Shown here piece after piece: positions 60,366 to 64,000 of a DNA stretch of 64,000 nucleotides. Positions within the stretch are counted from its first letter, which is position 1; every line of letters starts with the position of its first letter. The translations under genes were made by a program, and so were the position numbers. The notes under the pieces are model-generated. The model saw only the letters and a program-made list of their open reading frames with translations. It searched no databases and had not been told where the DNA came from. The DNA is from Lophium mytilinum (taxonomy: Eukaryota). The stretch is taken from the NCBI GenBank assembly GCA_010093605.1, contig MU004197.1, positions 1,240,001 through 1,304,000 of the forward strand, read 5' to 3'.

Positions 60366-61550
60366 ATGCCGCGCGCCCTCCCACCGCTCGAGGGCCCCGT
60401 CCACGACCCGCCCCCGCGTCCTTCGAAACTGTCGCCATCTGTTGTAGAAAGTGTAGCTGGCTTTACCGCAGGGGTAGTGAGCTGCCTGACAGTGCACCCC
60501 TTAGACCTGCTCAAAAATCGATTGCAGCGTGCGCATACCCACATCTTCCTTCGCGCTAGTTTTTCACGTCTTCGGAGCTAACTTACTGGATTTTAGTAAA
60601 CACCAAAACACGATCAAAACCGGGCGACTCGTTCCGCATTATACGAAATGTTGTTATAAATGAAGGCGGGGTGCGGGCGCTGTATCGAGGTCTATGGCCC
60701 AATATGCTGGGGAACTCGTTGGGGTGGGGACTGTACTTCCTTTGGTACCGGAATATGAAGGATTTGCTGCAGGCGCGTCGAGGACACGGCGAACATTTGT
60801 CGTCTGGCGAGTTCTTCTCCGCGTCTGTGATAGCCGGTACGTTCCTTTGCCTTTCTCCACCGGGCGTCCTCATGTGCTTTCATACTAACCAGTCTTCCTA
60901 CAGGCCTTCTCACCGGTGCATGCACGAACCCGATATGGGTCGTTAAAACACGCATGCTGGAGCGTGGCGCCAATCATCCGGACGCCTACACTGGTTTGTG
61001 GTCTGGCATGAAGCACGTCTACCAGACACGCGGGCTCAAAGGGCTGTGGGCTGGATTCACGCCCTCCTCCCTCGGCGTTGCTCACGGAGCGGTTCAGTTC
61101 TCGATTTACGAGAAAATGAAGCACCGACGTGGTGCAATGATTGGCGGTGAGCATAATCTGACGAATTGGGAGTACATATACATGAGCGGTGGCTCGAAGT
61201 TGTTAGCCGGCGCCATCACATATCCTTACCAACCGATAAGAGCTAGGATGCAGACGTATGATGCGAACAAGAACTATAATGGGCTGTTTGATGTGTTGAG
61301 GAAGACTTGGAAGAATGAGGGATTTTTGGCATTTTACAAAGGGTGGGTAGTCCTTGACGCCTCCTAGCTTCTGGTCGAGGGATCATGACTTTTCTCATTG
61401 TAAAGTTACATTGGCTAACATCAAAGCAGTGTCATCCCGAACACCGTCCGGGTCATACCAACTACCATCGTCACGTTTCTGGTGTACGAAAATACGAAGC
61501 TTTATCTACCGACCTTTTTCGAGGATGAAATGGCTCACGAAGAGGATTAA
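60366..61550 (+). CDS. FLX1: Mitochondrial FAD/folate carrier (SLC25A32 type), 4 exons
   Basis: Carrier signatures HPLDLLKNRLQ, NPIWVVKTRM and YPYQPIRARMQ; GNSLGWGLYFLWY. Confidence 0.88.
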
Positions 61551-62185
61551 ATCATTGGGGCTTGGCGTTATTTTGTGGGGATACTTGCATTGTCTGGATT
61601 TGAGCGGTTTGGCAAGAGCTAGAACGATACCACTCGTAAGCGCCATATAGATATGAAATCTACAACTGTTTTGGAGAAGATAGCTTTTTTGGTGCTTAGG
61701 AGCTGTGAGCTTATTTAGGTCTCAGGCTTATAGGTTGGTTGTTTTGCAAAGGTTTGGTATCCCGCGGCATCTCCTCATAGTATTCAGTAGCTAACACTCG
61801 ATTTAGATGTGGCTTCTTGGTATCCAGCAAAGCAGGACTAAGATTTGACGACTACGGTGCAAGAAATGGGACATCGAATCAACATCACTATACCAACTTG
61901 GATCCATATCGATAATCTGAGTACGAGTGCTGCATATCGATCCTTCATTTCACCTCAACCGGAGGATCTCCCCGGCAGTCAAGGAGCTTTTGAGTCGCTT
62001 ACATTGTATGGTCACGTTCTCGCCGGCCCTTGCTTATGGTGAAGGTCTCAGAGGCCTTCCTCGTTGTGCTTTGGCCTCAGAGCTGTGCAGATGACCAACC
62101 TATCATTCACTGACTTAAGGTGTAAGGGGCAGTTTTATCCACTCACTTCAGATTCACTGTCGTAGAGGGTGTGAGACCGCTTGCT

Positions 62186-62450
62186 TTCACGCAGCGTCTA
62201 CGCTGGGTCTATTTAAGGCAGTCTTTCTATGAAGGATACTTCCCTTCATCACCAGACCCAACATACCCCACACCACCATCGGCCCCCTGATCTCAAGCCT
62301 TTGTCAACATCAGCTCGCGCGTTACCATTCACGTAGTGTCTACGCTGGATCTATTTAAAGTACCCTTCTCAGGCTGGACAGGCCTTCCGTTCATCAACTC
62401 CGCACCCACCAGCCCCCACTCTACCCTACCACCATCTGCCCCGAACTCGA
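62186..62450. repeat. Diverged tandem duplication (period ~142 bp) in a promoter
   Basis: ttcacgcagcgtctacgctgggtctatttaaggca (62186) vs ttcacgtagtgtctacgctggatctatttaaagta (62328), with further ttcatca and accaccatc matches. Confidence 0.8.
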
Positions 62451-62522
62451 ATCTAAGTCAATTTATTTTGTTTCAAGAACGCCCTTCCCATTCTTAATTC
62501 CTCACCCACACCGAGAGCCGAC

Positions 62523-64000
62523 ATGCCTTTGGCAAACAGGATTCATAAGCTCAAGCGGTATTTGGGAATGCCAATAACCCCTGAAACGGCCCCAGCTCGA
62601 CAAGAGCACTCGAGGCCTCAGACTGCAGGCCCAGCTGCACCTCCAACCCGCTTTCGACGCATTTTACGAGGATGCACTTACGCTGGTGTCAAATCAACCA
62701 ACCAGACGGCAATCAGCACCCCGATACCTATCGGCGTTCCTGCTTTCGTGGAACAGATCACAGCTGAGTCACTATCGCACTTTCTGATTTGGCTATTCTA
62801 CTACGACATCGTCGAACTGCCAGTCTCTCCTGCGGATTGGTATAAACATCTGCCCTCCATGGAGATGCGTGGATGGATCCAACTCGGAAGTTTCTTACAG
62901 ACTACTCTCCCGGCTGGATTTCAGCTGGATCGTCTCGATGAGATCATTGATGGACTTCACTTGAGGAAGAATTTCGTCATGCAATGCATCGACAAGGTTT
63001 CCAAACCGGACCTCATGCGATGGTCTGACGTCGCGACTGACATCCAGTTTGCTATGGCCAACTCGCTGCGAGAGAAGGATCGCCTGGAGCTCGTCGAAGC
63101 GTGTCTCGAAGCAATTCAGGACACAAATATGGCTCTCAAACCTCGAACTGGCTCAGTCTTTGAGGGCTGGCAAATCGATGTCACCGAGCGTGTCGCCGAT
63201 TATCTCGGTGTGGTCGTCAAACCACGACTTTCCAGAATTCAGGGTATCCGTATGTTGAGCGGCAAGTCTGAGGATGATCAGCGGTCCGTTCAATATATCT
63301 TCGAGGCTATGCAAGCTGAGCGTCCTGTGCCTCTGGTGCGCTATGGGATATTCCCAACCCACCCCCTTAGAAATCGGAATAGCTCAGAGCTATCAGTCAT
63401 CAGCCCAGAACAGGCAGCTCAGGAAGCTGACGAGGAACTGCAATATTCGATGGCGCAGCTTCGGAACCGAAATAGAGACCTTAGGGTGCATGTGGAAGTT
63501 CTGCAAGCTAAGAACGAAGAACTGTTGGCGAATCGGCCTCTTCCCCAACCTCCGTCTAGGTTTCCATCGCTCATGCCGAGCCGCAAGCCAGTCCCAGGCC
63601 ATGGCCACACGGAGCAGACTTCGAGCGGGACATCGACTTTCGGAGACGCAAGTGAACGCGCATCATCCCGTCCGTTGACTGTATTCCGTCCGTTGCCTGC
63701 ACTTCCAGCGGACAAGGTTGAGGTTCAGCAGCGTCCTAAGGCATCCCATGGTTTAATTCCTATGCCACCTCCCTTCACTAACCGGAAGCTCTCGGGAGAT
63801 GGACGTCCTCTCGTACCAGATCGCACCTCGTCAAAGCCGGCGAGCCTGCATATTTTGAACTCACACGCCCAGTCTGGTCCTAGCAATGAGACCATACTTG
63901 CCCAGCGTGTCGCATTTGATGTCAAGGGGAAGGGCAAGGCCAAAGAGATCGACATCAAAAGCAAAGGGAAGGCGAAGGAGATGGTGTTCGACCCATACCC
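62523..64000 (+). CDS. Hypothetical protein, more than 490 aa, truncated by the window end (missing from the supplied ORF track)
   Basis: Hand translation from ATG 62523 (MPLANRIHKLKRYLG...) has no stop up to 64000; includes a short coiled coil and KGKGKAKE...SKGKAKE. Confidence 0.8.
   Translation, partial: MPLANRIHKLKRYLGMPITPETAPARQEHSRPQTAGPAAPPTRFRRILRGCTYAGVKSTNQTAISTPIPIGVPAFVEQITAESLSHFLIWLFYYDIVELPVSPADWYKHLPSMEMRGWIQLGSFLQTTLPAGFQLDRLDEIIDGLHLRKNFVMQCIDKVSKPDLMRWSDVATDIQFAMANSLREKDRLELVEACLEAIQDTNMALKPRTGSVFEGWQIDVTERVADYLGVVVKPRLSRIQGIRMLSGKSEDDQRSVQYIFEAMQAERPVPLVRYGIFPTHPLRNRNSSELSVISPEQAAQEADEELQYSMAQLRNRNRDLRVHVEVLQAKNEELLANRPLPQPPSRFPSLMPSRKPVPGHGHTEQTSSGTSTFGDASERASSRPLTVFRPLPALPADKVEVQQRPKASHGLIPMPPPFTNRKLSGDGRPLVPDRTSSKPASLHILNSHAQSGPSNETILAQRVAFDVKGKGKAKEIDIKSKGKAKEMVFDPY

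Overview
Eukaryotic DNA from a filamentous ascomycete (short GT-AG introns with CTRAC branch points). Positions 1 to ~8520 are an AT/TpA-rich block wrecked by repeat-induced point mutation (RIP). It holds a full-length Tad1-like LINE whose ORF1 zinc knuckles and ORF2 endonuclease/RT motifs can be read again once the C>T and G>A changes are reversed. A 10-N scaffold gap joins two differently mutated copies. The rest is ordinary gene-dense euchromatin: YCF1-type ABCC transporter, a GxGGAGN-repeat (Par32-like) protein, phosducin-like PLP1, VRG4, an RFX transcription factor, YOP1, an F-box-like protein, a nucleotide-sugar transporter divergent from a GT8 glycosyltransferase, CBF5, SIS1, INO80, BRX1, a copper amine oxidase, an FLX1-type carrier, and several orphans, one of which runs off the window end. 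The best unexplained signals are a 240-bp MITE with perfect 27-bp TIRs and a 5-bp target-site duplication, a multi-stem RNA-like element in a 2.9-kb gene-free gap before CBF5, a split tRNA-like relic, and a 76-aa MGCxxS glycine-rich microprotein. I cannot demonstrate a new biological system from sequence alone. All family calls come from motif recognition, not database searches.
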